A stretch of 64,000 bases of DNA from Chloroflexota bacterium (GTDB lineage Bacteria > Chloroflexota > Limnocylindria > Limnocylindrales > CSP1-4). Position 1 is the stretch's first letter, and each line of letters begins with the position of its first letter. This document shows positions 9,640 to 19,864 of this stretch, in pieces. The translations under genes were made by a program, and so were the position numbers. The notes below the pieces were generated by a model. That model had not been told where the DNA came from, did not search any database, and was given only the letters and a program-made list of their open reading frames with translations. The stretch is taken from the NCBI GenBank assembly GCA_046045415.1, contig JBJOLT010000015.1, positions 5,988 to 69,987 of the forward strand, in the 5' to 3' direction.

Positions 9640-10617
9640 TCAGCGCGCCGGGAGCGGCCGACCGGGACCGAGGCCGATCCCCTCGAAGTAGACCCGGGTC
9701 CGGGTCGCGACGGGGAGCGGAGCGTCGAGCGCGCAGCCGAGCATGTCCTGCTCGACGATGCAGAAGAGGTCGCGGTCGAGCGCGGCGAGGGCGTCGAGGA
9801 CCGGCTCCATCGCCGGCTCCCCCTTCGGCGGCTCGATCATCACGCCGCGGCGGCAGGCCGGAGCGAAGCCCCACTGCTCGGCCTGGGCGCGGTCGCGGAC
9901 CGCCGGGTCCACCTGCTTGAGGTGGACGTACGCGATCCGCTCCGGGAAGTCGCGGATCAGCGCGAGGCTGTCGGCGCGGCCGTAGGCGACGTGGCCGGTG
10001 TCGAGGCAGAGGTTGACGTAGCGCGGGTCGGTCCCGTCGAGGAGGCGGACGATCTCGTCGTGCGTCTCGACATGGCTGTCCGCGTGCGAGTGGTAGACGA
10101 GCTTGAGGCCGTGCTGCTCGAGGAGGTACTTCCCGAGCTCGTCGTGGAGCGCCATCAGGTCGCGCCAGCCGTCGTCGGCGAGCGACCGGTCGATCGCCGG
10201 CTTGCCGTCGAGGTCGGTCGTCCCCTCGGGGAGGATCACGACGTACTCGGCGCCGAGCGGGAGGAGCGTCCGCGCCTCGGCGTCGCACGCCTCCTTCGCC
10301 TCCTGCCAGGCGGCACGCCCCCGCTGGAGCTTCGTCTGGACGGTCCCGCCGGTGAGCGTCAGGCCGCGCCGGCCCAGCTCCTCCTTGAGGCGGACCGGAT
10401 CGCTCGGGTTGTAGCCGTAGGGGCCGAGCTCCGTGTAGCGGTAGCCGGCCTTCGGGACCTCGTCGAGGTACTGCTCCCACGGGACCTGCTCGGGCGTGTA
10501 CGGGAACCAGACGCCCCAGGAGTCCGGGGCCGTCCCGAGGTGGAGCTTCGAGTAGTCGCGCGGGCTCACGTGGTCCTCCTCCGTGCCGCGCCGGCGCCGC
10601 GTGAGCGCGTGGTCCAT
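9640..10617 (-). CDS. iolE: Inosose dehydratase IolE (xylose-isomerase-like TIM barrel). The true start is probably internal, around 10560.
   Basis: LGTAPDSWGVW and LKLVYHSHADSHVETHDEIVRLLDGTDPRYVNLCLDTGHVAY correspond to B. subtilis IolE blocks (WGIAPIGW...LKLVYHHH...DTGH). The first 15 aa or so of the ORF are Arg-rich and doubtful. Confidence 0.75.
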   Translation of the reverse strand: MDHALTRRRRGTEEDHVSPRDYSKLHLGTAPDSWGVWFPYTPEQVPWEQYLDEVPKAGYRYTELGPYGYNPSDPVRLKEELGRRGLTLTGGTVQTKLQRGRAAWQEAKEACDAEARTLLPLGAEYVVILPEGTTDLDGKPAIDRSLADDGWRDLMALHDELGKYLLEQHGLKLVYHSHADSHVETHDEIVRLLDGTDPRYVNLCLDTGHVAYGRADSLALIRDFPERIAYVHLKQVDPAVRDRAQAEQWGFAPACRRGVMIEPPKGEPAMEPVLDALAALDRDLFCIVEQDMLGCALDAPLPVATRTRVYFEGIGLGPGRPLPAR

Positions 10618-10729
10618 CTCGGCAACGGGACGAGACGCTATCGACCGGCCCGGCCCGTGTCAATCGCGGGGGGTCGCGCCGGGTCGGGGACGTCGTGCGG
10701 CCGCGTGGCGCGGGGCGCATCCTCTCGGC

Positions 10730-11707
10730 ATGCGCGCGCTCCCGCCCCCGCCGCTCCCGTCCAGGACCGCGTGGCTCCTCCTCGGCGGCCTCGTCGTCGT
10801 CTGGGGACTCCACTGGCCGATCGTGAAGGCGGTGCTCGGCGAGCTCCCGCCGATGACCTACGCGGCACTCCGGGTCGCGACCGCGATCCCGGCGGTCCTC
10901 CTCGTCCTCGGCGCCCGACGGGAGATCGAGCTCCCGCCGCGCGGCGACCTCCCGGTCCTCATCGTCGTCGGCCTCGGCCAGATCGCGATCGGGACGGCGA
11001 TCATGAACCTCGCCCTCCTCGTCGTCCCGGCGGGCCGCTCGTCGGTGCTCTCGTACACGACCCCGCTCTGGACCGCGCTCCTCGGCGCGGCGCTCCTCGG
11101 CCTCCGGCTCCGCCGGCGCGAGGGGCTCGGGGTCGCCGTCGGGGTCGTCGGGATGGGGCTCCTCTTCGCGGCCGGGCTGGGCGGCGGCGCGGGGACGGCG
11201 GATGCGGGCATGGGCGGGGCGGCGGGCGCCGGATCGGGCGCGGGGGTGGCTGCCGGGTCGTCCGGCCTCGTCGTCGGGAGCCTCGCGCTCGTCGCCGGGG
11301 CCGTCGTGAACGCCGGCGCGGTCCTCATGCTCCGTGCGCACCGGTGGCGGTCCACCCCGCTTCGCCTCCAGCCGTGGCAGCTCGCGATCGGCCTCGTCCC
11401 GCTCGCGATCCTCGCGGCGGTGCTCGAGGACCCGGCGACGATCGACCTCACCCCGACGCTCCTCCTCGCCGTCCTCTACAGCGGACCGCTCGCGACCGCC
11501 TTCGCGTTCTGGGCGTATCAGACGATCGCGCGGACCCTCACGCCGTCGCAGACGACGACCGGCCTCCTCGCCGTCCCGGTCGTCGGGCTCGCCTCGAGCG
11601 CGCTCTTCCTCGGCGAGCCCCTGGGTCCCGGGGACCTGGCGGGCTTCGCGACGACGCTCGCCGGGATCGCGCTCGTCGCGGGTCCGGGCCGCGTTCGCGA
11701 GCCGTGA
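10730..11707 (+). CDS. EamA/DMT-family transporter (a drug/metabolite exporter with 10 TM helices).
   Basis: Two EamA-like hydrophobic halves with a poly-Gly/Ala loop between them. The first 49 aa of the ORF track's version are Arg-rich, so I start the gene at the internal Met (MRALPPPPLP). Confidence 0.65.
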   Translation: MRALPPPPLPSRTAWLLLGGLVVVWGLHWPIVKAVLGELPPMTYAALRVATAIPAVLLVLGARREIELPPRGDLPVLIVVGLGQIAIGTAIMNLALLVVPAGRSSVLSYTTPLWTALLGAALLGLRLRRREGLGVAVGVVGMGLLFAAGLGGGAGTADAGMGGAAGAGSGAGVAAGSSGLVVGSLALVAGAVVNAGAVLMLRAHRWRSTPLRLQPWQLAIGLVPLAILAAVLEDPATIDLTPTLLLAVLYSGPLATAFAFWAYQTIARTLTPSQTTTGLLAVPVVGLASSALFLGEPLGPGDLAGFATTLAGIALVAGPGRVREP

Positions 11708-11780
11708 CGCGGGTCGTACGCTTGCCGGGGCGGCCGGCGGCCGTGCCGCGGCGGTCCTCGATGACGCTGCGGCCTGGCGG

Positions 11781-13538
11781 ATGACGGGAGGGGCGATGGG
11801 CGGAGGATCGACGCGGCTCGTCGGCGTGGCGGCGGCACCGGGGATCGCCCGCGGCGCCTGGGCCCGGATCGAGCGGCGGCCGCTCCCGCGGGGACGGACC
11901 GTCGGGCCGGGCGACGAGGCGGTGGACCGCGAGGTGGCGGCGCTCGCGGCCGCCGCGGCGGCGGCCGAGTCGGAGCTGAACGCCCTCGCGGCCCGGCTGA
12001 CCGAGGCGGGGCATGCCGACGAGGCCGGGATCTTCGCCGCGTCCGCGGCGATGGCCGCCGATCCGATGCTGATCGACGGCGCGACGGGACGGATCCGGGA
12101 CGGGCGGGTCGGCGGGGTCGACGCGATCCTCGCGGCAGGGGACGAGGTCGCCGCGATCCTCGCCGCGGTCGACGACGAGCTGATCCGGGCGCGGGCCGCC
12201 GACATCCTCGACGTCGCCGACCGGATCGCCCGCCACGTCGCCGGGCTCCCGACCGACGAGGTGACGCTCGGGGCCCCGGCGATCGTCGTCGCGGAGGACC
12301 TCCCGCCGTCGCTCACGGCGACGATCCCGAAGGATCGGCTCCTCGGGATCGCCCTCGCCGGCGGCTCGCCCACGGCGCACGCCGCCATCCTCGCCCGCGC
12401 CTACGGGATCCCCGCCGTCGTCGGCGTCCCCGGGATCCTCGATGCGGTGACGGCCGCGGGACACGCGAGCGAGGTGGCGCTCGACGGGTCGACCGGGGAG
12501 GTCCTGATCGCGCCGACCGCCGCGGAGGTCGCCGAGCTGGACCGGCGCGCCGCCCGCCTCTCCGCCGACCGGGACCGCGACCTGGCCGAGGCGGCCCTGC
12601 CGTCGGCGACCCGCGACGGGACGCCGGTCGCGCTCCTCGCGAACATCGGGACCCCGGACGAGGCCGAGCGGGCGATCGCCCTCGGCGCGCGGGGCGTGGG
12701 TCTCTTCCGGACCGAGTTCCTCTTCCTCGAGCGGCCGGTCGCGCCGACGGAGGACGAGCAACTGGCCGCCTACCGTCGCGTCGTCGAGCGCTTCGCGGGC
12801 GACCCGGTGACGATCCGGCTCCTCGACGTCGGGGGCGACAAGCCGCTCCCCTACCTCCCGATCCCGCGGGAGGAGAACCCGTTCCTCGGCGTCCGCGGGC
12901 TCCGGCTCGCCGTCGACCGCCCGGAGGTCTTCCTCACCCAGCTTCGCGCCTGCATGCGGGCCGCGGCCGCCGGCCCGGTGAAGGTGATGGCGCCGATGAT
13001 CGCCGACCACGACGACGTCGGCCTCCTCGTCGAGCTCACGGCGCGCGCGCGGGCCGACCTCGCGGCCGCGGGCGTCGACCACGGCGAGATCTCGCTCGGC
13101 GTCATGCTCGAGGTCCCGTCGGCGATCCTCACCGCGGACACCTGGCTCGGGGAGGTCGCGTTCGCCAGCCTCGGCACGAACGACCTGACGCAGTACGCGC
13201 TCGCGATCGACCGCGGGAACCCCGCCGTCGAGCGCTACCGCGACTCGCTCCATCCCGCCGTCCTCCGGCTCGTCGCGCTCTCGGTGGAGAGCGCGCGGCG
13301 GACCGGGGCCGAGCTCTCCGTCTGCGGGGAGATGGCCGGCGATCCGGTCGCGGCGCTCGCCCTCGTCGGCCTCGGGATCCGCTCGCTCAGCATGGGAGCG
13401 ACGAGTCTCCCGGCCGTCCGGCGCGCGATCCGCGGGAGCGACCTCGCGACGCTCGAGGCGGCCGCGGCGGCGGCGCTCGTCGACGACTCGGCGCGCGCGG
13501 TGCGGGAGCGCTTCGCGGCACTCCTCGGCTCCGCCTGA
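11781..13538 (+). CDS. ptsI: Phosphoenolpyruvate-protein phosphotransferase (PTS Enzyme I), about 585 aa.
   Basis: Enzyme I / PEP-utilising-enzyme blocks are present: GGSPTAHAAILARAYGIPAVVG (the phospho-His region), GLFRTEFLF and GTNDLTQY. The 5' part of the 734-aa ORF is Arg/Ser-rich artefact, so the start is set at MTGGAMGGG. Confidence 0.8.
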   Translation: MTGGAMGGGSTRLVGVAAAPGIARGAWARIERRPLPRGRTVGPGDEAVDREVAALAAAAAAAESELNALAARLTEAGHADEAGIFAASAAMAADPMLIDGATGRIRDGRVGGVDAILAAGDEVAAILAAVDDELIRARAADILDVADRIARHVAGLPTDEVTLGAPAIVVAEDLPPSLTATIPKDRLLGIALAGGSPTAHAAILARAYGIPAVVGVPGILDAVTAAGHASEVALDGSTGEVLIAPTAAEVAELDRRAARLSADRDRDLAEAALPSATRDGTPVALLANIGTPDEAERAIALGARGVGLFRTEFLFLERPVAPTEDEQLAAYRRVVERFAGDPVTIRLLDVGGDKPLPYLPIPREENPFLGVRGLRLAVDRPEVFLTQLRACMRAAAAGPVKVMAPMIADHDDVGLLVELTARARADLAAAGVDHGEISLGVMLEVPSAILTADTWLGEVAFASLGTNDLTQYALAIDRGNPAVERYRDSLHPAVLRLVALSVESARRTGAELSVCGEMAGDPVAALALVGLGIRSLSMGATSLPAVRRAIRGSDLATLEAAAAAALVDDSARAVRERFAALLGSA

Positions 13539-13601
13539 GCGCGAACGGGACCGGCCGCTCCGCGCCGGGTCCCGGATCCGGAGCCCGCGGGGCCAGGCGC
13601 G

Positions 13602-14102
13602 TCAGGCGGGGACGGCTCCCTCGAGGACGAGGAGCGCCGTCTTCCGATCGAGCCCGCCGCCGAACCCGGTGAGGCTCCCGTCCGAGCCGACGACCCGGTG
13701 GCACGGGACGACGATCGAGAGCGGGTTCCGCCCGACGGCGCCGCCGACGGCCCTGCCCGCACCGGGCCGGCAGATCCGCGCGGCGATCTCGCCGTACGTC
13801 GTCGTCGTGCCGTACGGGATCGACCGGAGCGCCTCCCAGACGGCGAGCTGGAACGGGGTCCCCGCTGGGTCGAGGTCGAGGTCGAACGAGCGGCGGCGAC
13901 CGGCGAAATACTCGTCGAGCTGGCGGCCCACCGCGGCGAACGCGTCGGGCGCCTCGCGCCACCCGTCGGTCTCCCCCGGCCCGAACCGGGCACCCTCCAT
14001 GTGGATCGCGGAGAGCCGGACCCCCCGCCCCCCGGGTCCCGCGGGCTCGCCGACGAGGAGGAGCGGGCCGATCGGGCTCGGATGACGGGCGTGGATCTGC
14101 AT
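13602..14102 (-). CDS. ogt: Methylated-DNA--protein-cysteine methyltransferase (O6-alkylguanine-DNA alkyltransferase).
   Basis: PCHRVV active-site motif, FQLAVWEAL and YGEIA. The start is set at MQIHARH; the upstream part of the 328-aa ORF is artefact. Confidence 0.85.
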   Translation of the reverse strand: MQIHARHPSPIGPLLLVGEPAGPGGRGVRLSAIHMEGARFGPGETDGWREAPDAFAAVGRQLDEYFAGRRRSFDLDLDPAGTPFQLAVWEALRSIPYGTTTTYGEIAARICRPGAGRAVGGAVGRNPLSIVVPCHRVVGSDGSLTGFGGGLDRKTALLVLEGAVPA

Positions 14103-14336
14103 CTCTCGGCCTCCTCGGGTCGACGGGGCGGGGCGGTGGCGCGGGACGGTCGATGACGACGGTCCGGGGAGGATGCCACGGGTGCGATGCCCTCGTCCGT
14201 TACGGCCGGTGGCGCCCGTTCTGGTGAATCCGGTGCGGGGCGGAAACGTTCGGCTCGACTCCCCCCTTTCCGCCGCGTGCGGGGCGGGGCATCCTCGGCG
14301 GGCGGTGTCCCGTCCGGTCGCCGCGGAGGAGGGAAT

Positions 14337-14654
14337 ATGGACCCGGAGTACATCCCCGGGGGACGGTGGGTGCGGGTGCTCGCTGCCGACGGAACGATCG
14401 TCGAGCCGCGGGGCCGCTGGCACCTGGCGACCGAGGACCCGTCGACCGAGCTCGACGACACCCCCCGACGGGCCGAGCTCGTCTGCGGGCGGGAACTGCG
14501 CGCGACCCGTGCGCGCGGCGAGGAGCTCGCCTTCGTGGCGACCCTGCCGCTCGCGAACCTGTGCGTCGCCTGTCACCGCGAGTGGCACCGCGAGCAGCTG
14601 ATGGCGCTCCGCGCCTCGAAGTCGAAGGGGTCGGCCGCGTTCCTCCCCGCCTGA
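14337..14654 (+). CDS. Small hypothetical protein of about 105 aa with a CxxC...HxxxH cluster.
   Basis: Non-junk composition. It lies between ogt and tRNA-Pro. The start is set at MDPEYIPGG; the upstream part of the ORF is Gly/Arg-rich. Confidence 0.35.
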   Translation: MDPEYIPGGRWVRVLAADGTIVEPRGRWHLATEDPSTELDDTPRRAELVCGRELRATRARGEELAFVATLPLANLCVACHREWHREQLMALRASKSKGSAAFLPA

Positions 14655-14717
14655 CGGAGCCCGGCCGGCGGACCGCGCCGGCCGATCGGTCCCGCAGCGT
14701 GCGTCGACCGCGGCGTC

Positions 14718-14796
14718 TGGTCGGGGCGGCCGGATTCGAACCGGCGATCTCGTGCTCCCAAAGCACGCGCGTTGCCAGACTACGCCACGCCCCGAC
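14718..14796 (-). tRNA. tRNA-Pro, anticodon TGG (CCA 3' end encoded).
   Basis: The reverse complement reads GTCGGGGCGTGGCGTAGTCTGGCAACGCGCGTGCTTTGGGAGCACGAGATCGCCGGTTCGAATCCGGCCGCCCCGACCA. It has a 7-bp acceptor stem, a GTTCGAATC T-loop and an anticodon loop TTTGGGA. Confidence 0.85.
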
Positions 14797-14805
14797 GGGC
14801 GAAGA

Positions 14806-15501
14806 CTACTCGACCGGTCGCGCCCGTCCCCGGCGCCGCCGGACGAGCCAGACGGCCGCGAGCCCGACTGCCGCGACGAGCGCCGCGAGGACGAGCCGCT
14901 CGACGGGCTTGAGGACGTCGACGATCCCCTCCCACGCGGCGCCGAGGGCGACGCCCGCCCCGACGAGGAGGATCACCCACGGGAGCGACCCGATCGCCGT
15001 GTAGACGACGAACGGGAGCCGCGGCATCCGGGCGATCCCCGCGGCGAAGCTGACGAGCGAGCGGATCACCGGGAAGACCCGTCCGACGAGCGCGGCCTTC
15101 CTGCCGTGGGCGGCGAAGAAGCGCTCCGCGGCGGCGAGATCGTCGGGCGAGAGGAGGAGGAAGCGGCCGTACCGGAGGAGGAGCGGCCGCCCGCCGCGCG
15201 CGCCGATCTCGTAGGCGATGACGGCGCCGACGACCGAGCCGATGTCGCCCGCGATGACGATCGCGACCGGGTTCCAGCGGGCCCCGGTGAGCGGCTCGAT
15301 CGCGGTCGGGTCGGAGACGAGGAAGCCCGCGAACGGGAGGATCAGCTCGGACGGGAGCGGGACGACGACGCTCTCGACCGCGACCATGACGGCGACCCCG
15401 ACGTAGCCGATGACGCCGTAGATCGTGACGACGGCCTCGCGTACCGGGCCGTCGAGGAAGTCGAACACGCGGCGGGTCTCCCGGTCGGGCGGCCGGTGCA
15501 C
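14806..15501 (-). CDS. DedA/VTT-domain (SNARE-associated) inner-membrane protein.
   Basis: Contains the DedA signature region VESVVVPLPSELILPFAGFLV and is 231 aa. Confidence 0.8.
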   Translation of the reverse strand: MHRPPDRETRRVFDFLDGPVREAVVTIYGVIGYVGVAVMVAVESVVVPLPSELILPFAGFLVSDPTAIEPLTGARWNPVAIVIAGDIGSVVGAVIAYEIGARGGRPLLLRYGRFLLLSPDDLAAAERFFAAHGRKAALVGRVFPVIRSLVSFAAGIARMPRLPFVVYTAIGSLPWVILLVGAGVALGAAWEGIVDVLKPVERLVLAALVAAVGLAAVWLVRRRRGRARPVE

Positions 15502-15543
15502 GGCTCCTGCCGCGCGACGGACGCCTGAGGATTCTCCCCGATT

Positions 15544-16172
15544 TCAGAACCCGAGGCGGGCGAGCCGCGGCGCCATCCGGCGCGCCGCCCCCGCCCGGTG
15601 GCTGATCGCGTGCTTCTCCGCGGCCGATCGCTCGCCGAGCGTCCGCCCGTCGGCCGGGTCGGCGAGCGGGACGAAGATCGGGTCGTAGCCGAAGCCGCCG
15701 TCGCCACGCGGGCCGGCGGCGATCCGGCCGCGGCAGGTCCCGCGGACGAGCATGACGGGGATCCCGCCCCGCGGCCCGGCGGCGTCCGGGAGCGCGAGCG
15801 CGAGGACGCAGACGTAGCGGGCGCCACGGCGCTCCGGCGGGAGGCCGGCGAGCGCGCCGAGCAGCTTCTCGTTGTTCGCCCGGTCGGTCGCGTCCGGCCC
15901 GGCGTACCGCTTCGTCCGGACGCCCGGCCCGCCGCCGAGCGCGTCGACCTCGAGTCCCGAGTCGTCGGCGAGCGTCGGGAGGCCGGAGCGGCGCGCATAG
16001 GCGCGGGCCTTGAGCGCCGCGTTCGCGGCGAACGTCTCGCCGGGCTCGTCGACCTCGTCGGGGATCCCGAGATCGTCGAGGTCCACGAGTTCCGCCCGCG
16101 TGACGTGGAGGAGCTCGCGGAGCTCGCGGAGCTTGTGGTGCGAGCGGGTCGCGACGAGGAGGCGCGGCCGGG
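15544..16172 (-). CDS. rdgB: Non-canonical purine NTP pyrophosphatase (dITP/XTP pyrophosphatase, RdgB/Ham1 family). The start is uncertain.
   Basis: The C-terminal 200 aa or so of the 663-aa ORF read LLVATRSHHKLRELRELL...FGYDPIF..., which is a Ham1 fold. The upstream part of the ORF is artefact, and there is no obvious ATG/GTG at the N-terminus. Confidence 0.75.
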
Positions 16173-16190
16173 CGCCCCGGGCGGGCCCGC

Positions 16191-16925
16191 TCAGCGGCGG
16201 ATCCCGGCGATCGTCTCCGCCTGGGCGGCGAACAGCGTCGCGAGCCCGTCGTTCGCGAGGTCGAGCAGCGTATCGACGGCCGGCCGGTCGAACGGCTTCC
16301 CCTCCGCGGTCCCCTGAAGCTCGACGTACGTCCCCGCATCCGTCCCGACGACGTTGAAGTCGACGTCGGCCCGCGAGTCCTCGGAGTAGTCGAGGTCGAG
16401 GTACGGGACGCCGTCGACGAGCCCGACGCTCACCGCGGCGACGTGGCCGACGATCGTCCGCTCGAAGCCGCCGGCGATGAGCGCGGCGGCGAGCGCGACG
16501 TAGCCGCCGGTGATCGAGGCGGTCCGCGTCCCGCCGTCCGCCTGGAGGACGTCGCAGTCCACCGTCACCGTCCGCTCGCCGAGCTTCGCGAGGTCGATGA
16601 CGCCGCGGAGCGAGCGCGCGATGAGCCGCTGGATCTCGTGGGTCCGGCCGCCGAGCCGACCCTTCACGGACTCGCGCGGGCTCCGCTCCGCGGTCGCGCG
16701 GGGGAGCATCGCGTACTCGGCGGTGACCCAGCCGGTCCCCTTGCCGCGAAGGTGCGGCGGGATCCGCTCCTCGATCGTCGCGGCGCAGAGGACGCGCGTC
16801 CCCCCGAACGAGATGATGCACGAGCCCTCGGCCCACTTCTGGACCCCGAGCTCGATCGAGACGGGGCGGAGCTGGTGCGGCTGGCGTCCGTCCTCGCGGA
16901 TCCGGGCGCCGTTCCCGATCGTCAT
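16191..16925 (-). CDS. rph: Ribonuclease PH.
   Basis: [38 protein letters not shown]...[18 protein letters not shown] is a canonical Rph sequence. There is a 4-nt ATGA overlap with mazG upstream. Confidence 0.9.
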   Translation of the reverse strand: MTIGNGARIREDGRQPHQLRPVSIELGVQKWAEGSCIISFGGTRVLCAATIEERIPPHLRGKGTGWVTAEYAMLPRATAERSPRESVKGRLGGRTHEIQRLIARSLRGVIDLAKLGERTVTVDCDVLQADGGTRTASITGGYVALAAALIAGGFERTIVGHVAAVSVGLVDGVPYLDLDYSEDSRADVDFNVVGTDAGTYVELQGTAEGKPFDRPAVDTLLDLANDGLATLFAAQAETIAGIRR

Positions 16926-18085
16926 CGTGTCGCCTCCTCGGCCTTCGCCGCGTCCCAGAGCCGGTCGAGCTCGTCGAAGTCGAGGTCGCGGAGCGCGACC
17001 CCGCGGCTCGCCGCCTGCCGCTCGACGCTCCGGAAGCGGCGGCGGAACTTCTCGTTCGCCGCCCGGAGCGCCGCCTCGGCCTCCACGCCGTGCCGCCGGG
17101 CGAGGTTGACGACGACCATGAGGAGGTCGCCGAGTTCCTCGCGGCGGTGCTCGTGCCCGTCGGCGTCGAGGACCTCGCCGAGCTCCTCGCGCACCTTCTC
17201 GACGATCCCGTCGACGGTGGGCCAGTCGTAGCCGAGCGAGGCGGCCCGCTCCTGCATCTCCTGGCTCGCGGCGAGCGCCGGCATCGCCCGGCTGATCCCG
17301 TCGAGCGCGCTCTTCGGCGGCGCGGCGCTCCCCGCCTCGTCGGCCGCGGCGCTCGCCGCCTCGGCGGCCCGCCGCTCGTCCGCCTTGATCCGCTCCCACT
17401 GGCGGTTGACGTCGGACGAGGTCTCGGCGACCGCGTCGGCGAAGACGTGGGGGTGGCGGCGGACGATCTTCCGCCCGAGCGTCTCCCAGACGTCGGCGAG
17501 GTCGAAGACCCCGGCCTCCGCGGCGATCTCCGCATGGAGGACGACCTGGAGGAGGAGGTCGCCGAGCTCCTCGGCGAGCGCCGGGGTGGACCCGCGCTCC
17601 AGCGCGTCGTAGACCTCGTACGCCTCCTCGAGGAGGTGCTTGCGGAGCGACTCGTGCGTCTGCTCGCGATCCCACGGGCAGCCGTCCGGGGCCCGGAGCC
17701 GGTGGGAGATCCACGGGAGCGCCCACGGTCCGGTGGGCCCCTCGTCCACCGGGAGCGGGGCGAGGTAGACGGGCGCCGCGAGATCGCCGGCCGCCAGCTC
17801 CCCGACGGTCGTCGGCTCCGGCTGTCCGAACCGTCCCACCGGGTGGCCGCCCGGGTAGAGGCGGCGGAGGAGGGCGAGCGGGTCGGTCGCCCGCGGCCCG
17901 TGGCGGCCCGGGAGCGGCCCGGCGGACGTGGGCTCGCCTCCGAGGAGCGCGAGCGGGACGACGACGAGCGGGCGGGACGGCTCGATCGGGATCGCGGCGA
18001 GCTGCTCGGCAGGGGCGATCTGGAGCCCGGCGGCGGGGTCGAGCCCCCACCGGAGGCGCGCCTCGCGGACGAGCGCGTCGAGCAC
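16922..18085 (-). CDS. mazG: MazG-family nucleoside triphosphate pyrophosphohydrolase, with an N-terminal extension of about 120 aa.
   Basis: [17 protein letters not shown] and [18 protein letters not shown] are two MazG EExxE/D motifs. Confidence 0.75.
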   Translation of the reverse strand: MLDALVREARLRWGLDPAAGLQIAPAEQLAAIPIEPSRPLVVVPLALLGGEPTSAGPLPGRHGPRATDPLALLRRLYPGGHPVGRFGQPEPTTVGELAAGDLAAPVYLAPLPVDEGPTGPWALPWISHRLRAPDGCPWDREQTHESLRKHLLEEAYEVYDALERGSTPALAEELGDLLLQVVLHAEIAAEAGVFDLADVWETLGRKIVRRHPHVFADAVAETSSDVNRQWERIKADERRAAEAASAAADEAGSAAPPKSALDGISRAMPALAASQEMQERAASLGYDWPTVDGIVEKVREELGEVLDADGHEHRREELGDLLMVVVNLARRHGVEAEAALRAANEKFRRRFRSVERQAASRGVALRDLDFDELDRLWDAAKAEEATR

Positions 18086-18094
18086 CGACGCGAC

Positions 18095-19819
18095 CTAGAT
18101 CAGGTCCGTCGGGAAGGGCTCGACCGTGATCTCGGCGCCGGCCTTCTGCTCGTCGTACCAGTTCCGGAAGGCGTTCGCGCGGAGCGTCGCGATCTGGTCG
18201 CCCTCGGGCTTCCTCGTGGCCTCCTCGGCGACGAGGAAGATCGTCCAGCCGCTCGAGGACTCGAGGACCTCGCTGACCGACCCGATCGGCGCGGCGAAGA
18301 TCGCCGTCTCGAGCTCCTGCTCGATCTGGCCCTTCGCGATCCAGCCCATGTCGCCGCCGCGCGTCGCATCGTCGCCCTCGGAGCTCTCGCGTGCGATCGC
18401 CGCGAAGTCCGCACCGGGTGCGCTCGCCTGCGTCCGGAGCGTCGCGATCCGCTCGGCGCCGGCCGCACGACGTCCCTCGTACCGGATCACGTGCCAGCCG
18501 AACGACGAGCGGACCGGGGCGAGGATCTGTCCTTCCGCGAGCCCGTCGGCGAAGATCGCCGCCCCGAACGCCGGGTCGACGTCCGCCTCGGCGAACCAGG
18601 GGAGGTCCCCGCCGTTCGCACCGGAGCCCTTGTCGTCGCTCTGCGAGGTCGCGAGCTCCGCGAAGCGCGACGGGTCGGCGACGAGCTGCTCGTAGACGGT
18701 GTTCGCCGACGCCTCGGCCGCCGCCCACGCGGGATCGCCGGAGGAGAAGCTGCCGGAGGCGCTCGGATCGCCGCCGGGCGAGAAGAGGATGTGCGACGAC
18801 TTCGCCTGCTCGACGGCCGCAGCGGAGGGATCGCCCTGGACGACGATCCGGCTGACGCGCCGCTGGACCGTCTCGCTCTCGACCGCGTCGGCGGTGATCT
18901 TGTCCTCGAGAGCGGTCCGGGCGAGCTCGCCGCGGAGGAGCTCGCGGTACGCCTCGATCGGGATGTCGGCGTCCTCGATCGCCTGCTGGTAGTTCGGGTC
19001 GACCTGCGACGCGACGATCTCGGTCACGCGGCCGATCCGGTAGGTCCCCTCGAACGCCTCGATCACGTCGGTGATCCCGTCCTTCTCGAGCGCGAAGAGC
19101 GCGGTGAGGAAGGGGTCCGGCTCGTCCGTCAGCGAGACGTAGCCGAGGTCGCCGCCGTTCGCGGCGCTCGGATCGGTGGAGACGGCGGTCGCGACCTCCT
19201 CCCACGCCTTCCCGGCGCGGACGTCGGCGAGCGCCTGCTCGGCCCGCTTCCGGGCGTCCTCGGCGGTGTCGCCCGAGGTCCCCGAGGCGGTGACCGAGAT
19301 GAGCCACGCCTTCCGGACCTCCGGCGCGGTCGCCTCCTTCAGGAGGGCCGCGTCGACCGCCTCGTCGGTCACCCCGACCCCCTCGCGCTCGGCGAGCTGG
19401 ATCCGGAGCGTGGAGTCGACGAGGTCCTCGAGCGAGGAGTCGGGGAGGAGCTGCGACTTGATCTGGAGATCCTGGAACTGCGCGTCCGCCTGGGCCTGGC
19501 TGATCCGCCCGGCGCTCAGCGCGTTCTGGACGTTCGACGAGAGCCGCTGGAGCCGCCACGTGTCGGCGAGGACGCGGTGGCGGAGGTCGTCCTTCGTCAG
19601 CGTCTCGCCGTTCACGACGGCGACGGTGCTGAAGTGGTCGCTCCAGTACGACGCGACGCCGGCGCCGACGAGGAGGACGACGCCGAGGATCGTCGAGCCG
19701 ACGAGGAAGAGGTTGACGTAGAGGGTCCGGCGGGCGCCGTGGTCGATCGGCTGGCGGGGCCGCCGGGCGGCGGGCGTGGGTCGAAGGCTCATGCGGTTCG
19801 GGGTCCCTGTTCGTCGCAC
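18095..19819 (-). CDS. Membrane-anchored peptidyl-prolyl cis-trans isomerase of the parvulin family (PrsA/SurA-like, with tandem PpiC domains).
   Basis: An N-terminal TM anchor is followed by two parvulin blocks (HILFSPGGD...GGDLPWF; [11 protein letters not shown]). Confidence 0.75.
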   Translation of the reverse strand: MRRTGTPNRMSLRPTPAARRPRQPIDHGARRTLYVNLFLVGSTILGVVLLVGAGVASYWSDHFSTVAVVNGETLTKDDLRHRVLADTWRLQRLSSNVQNALSAGRISQAQADAQFQDLQIKSQLLPDSSLEDLVDSTLRIQLAEREGVGVTDEAVDAALLKEATAPEVRKAWLISVTASGTSGDTAEDARKRAEQALADVRAGKAWEEVATAVSTDPSAANGGDLGYVSLTDEPDPFLTALFALEKDGITDVIEAFEGTYRIGRVTEIVASQVDPNYQQAIEDADIPIEAYRELLRGELARTALEDKITADAVESETVQRRVSRIVVQGDPSAAAVEQAKSSHILFSPGGDPSASGSFSSGDPAWAAAEASANTVYEQLVADPSRFAELATSQSDDKGSGANGGDLPWFAEADVDPAFGAAIFADGLAEGQILAPVRSSFGWHVIRYEGRRAAGAERIATLRTQASAPGADFAAIARESSEGDDATRGGDMGWIAKGQIEQELETAIFAAPIGSVSEVLESSSGWTIFLVAEEATRKPEGDQIATLRANAFRNWYDEQKAGAEITVEPFPTDLI

Positions 19820-19864
19820 GGCGGGGGGAGGCCGGCGGAGGTGGTGGTCGAGATCGGTCGCATG

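Noticed and set aside
13539-13601. A possible bidirectional terminator between convergent ptsI and ogt.
   Set aside because: Only short or imperfect palindromes (ccggatccgg, cccgcggg) are present. There is no convincing extended stem, so I did not call a feature.
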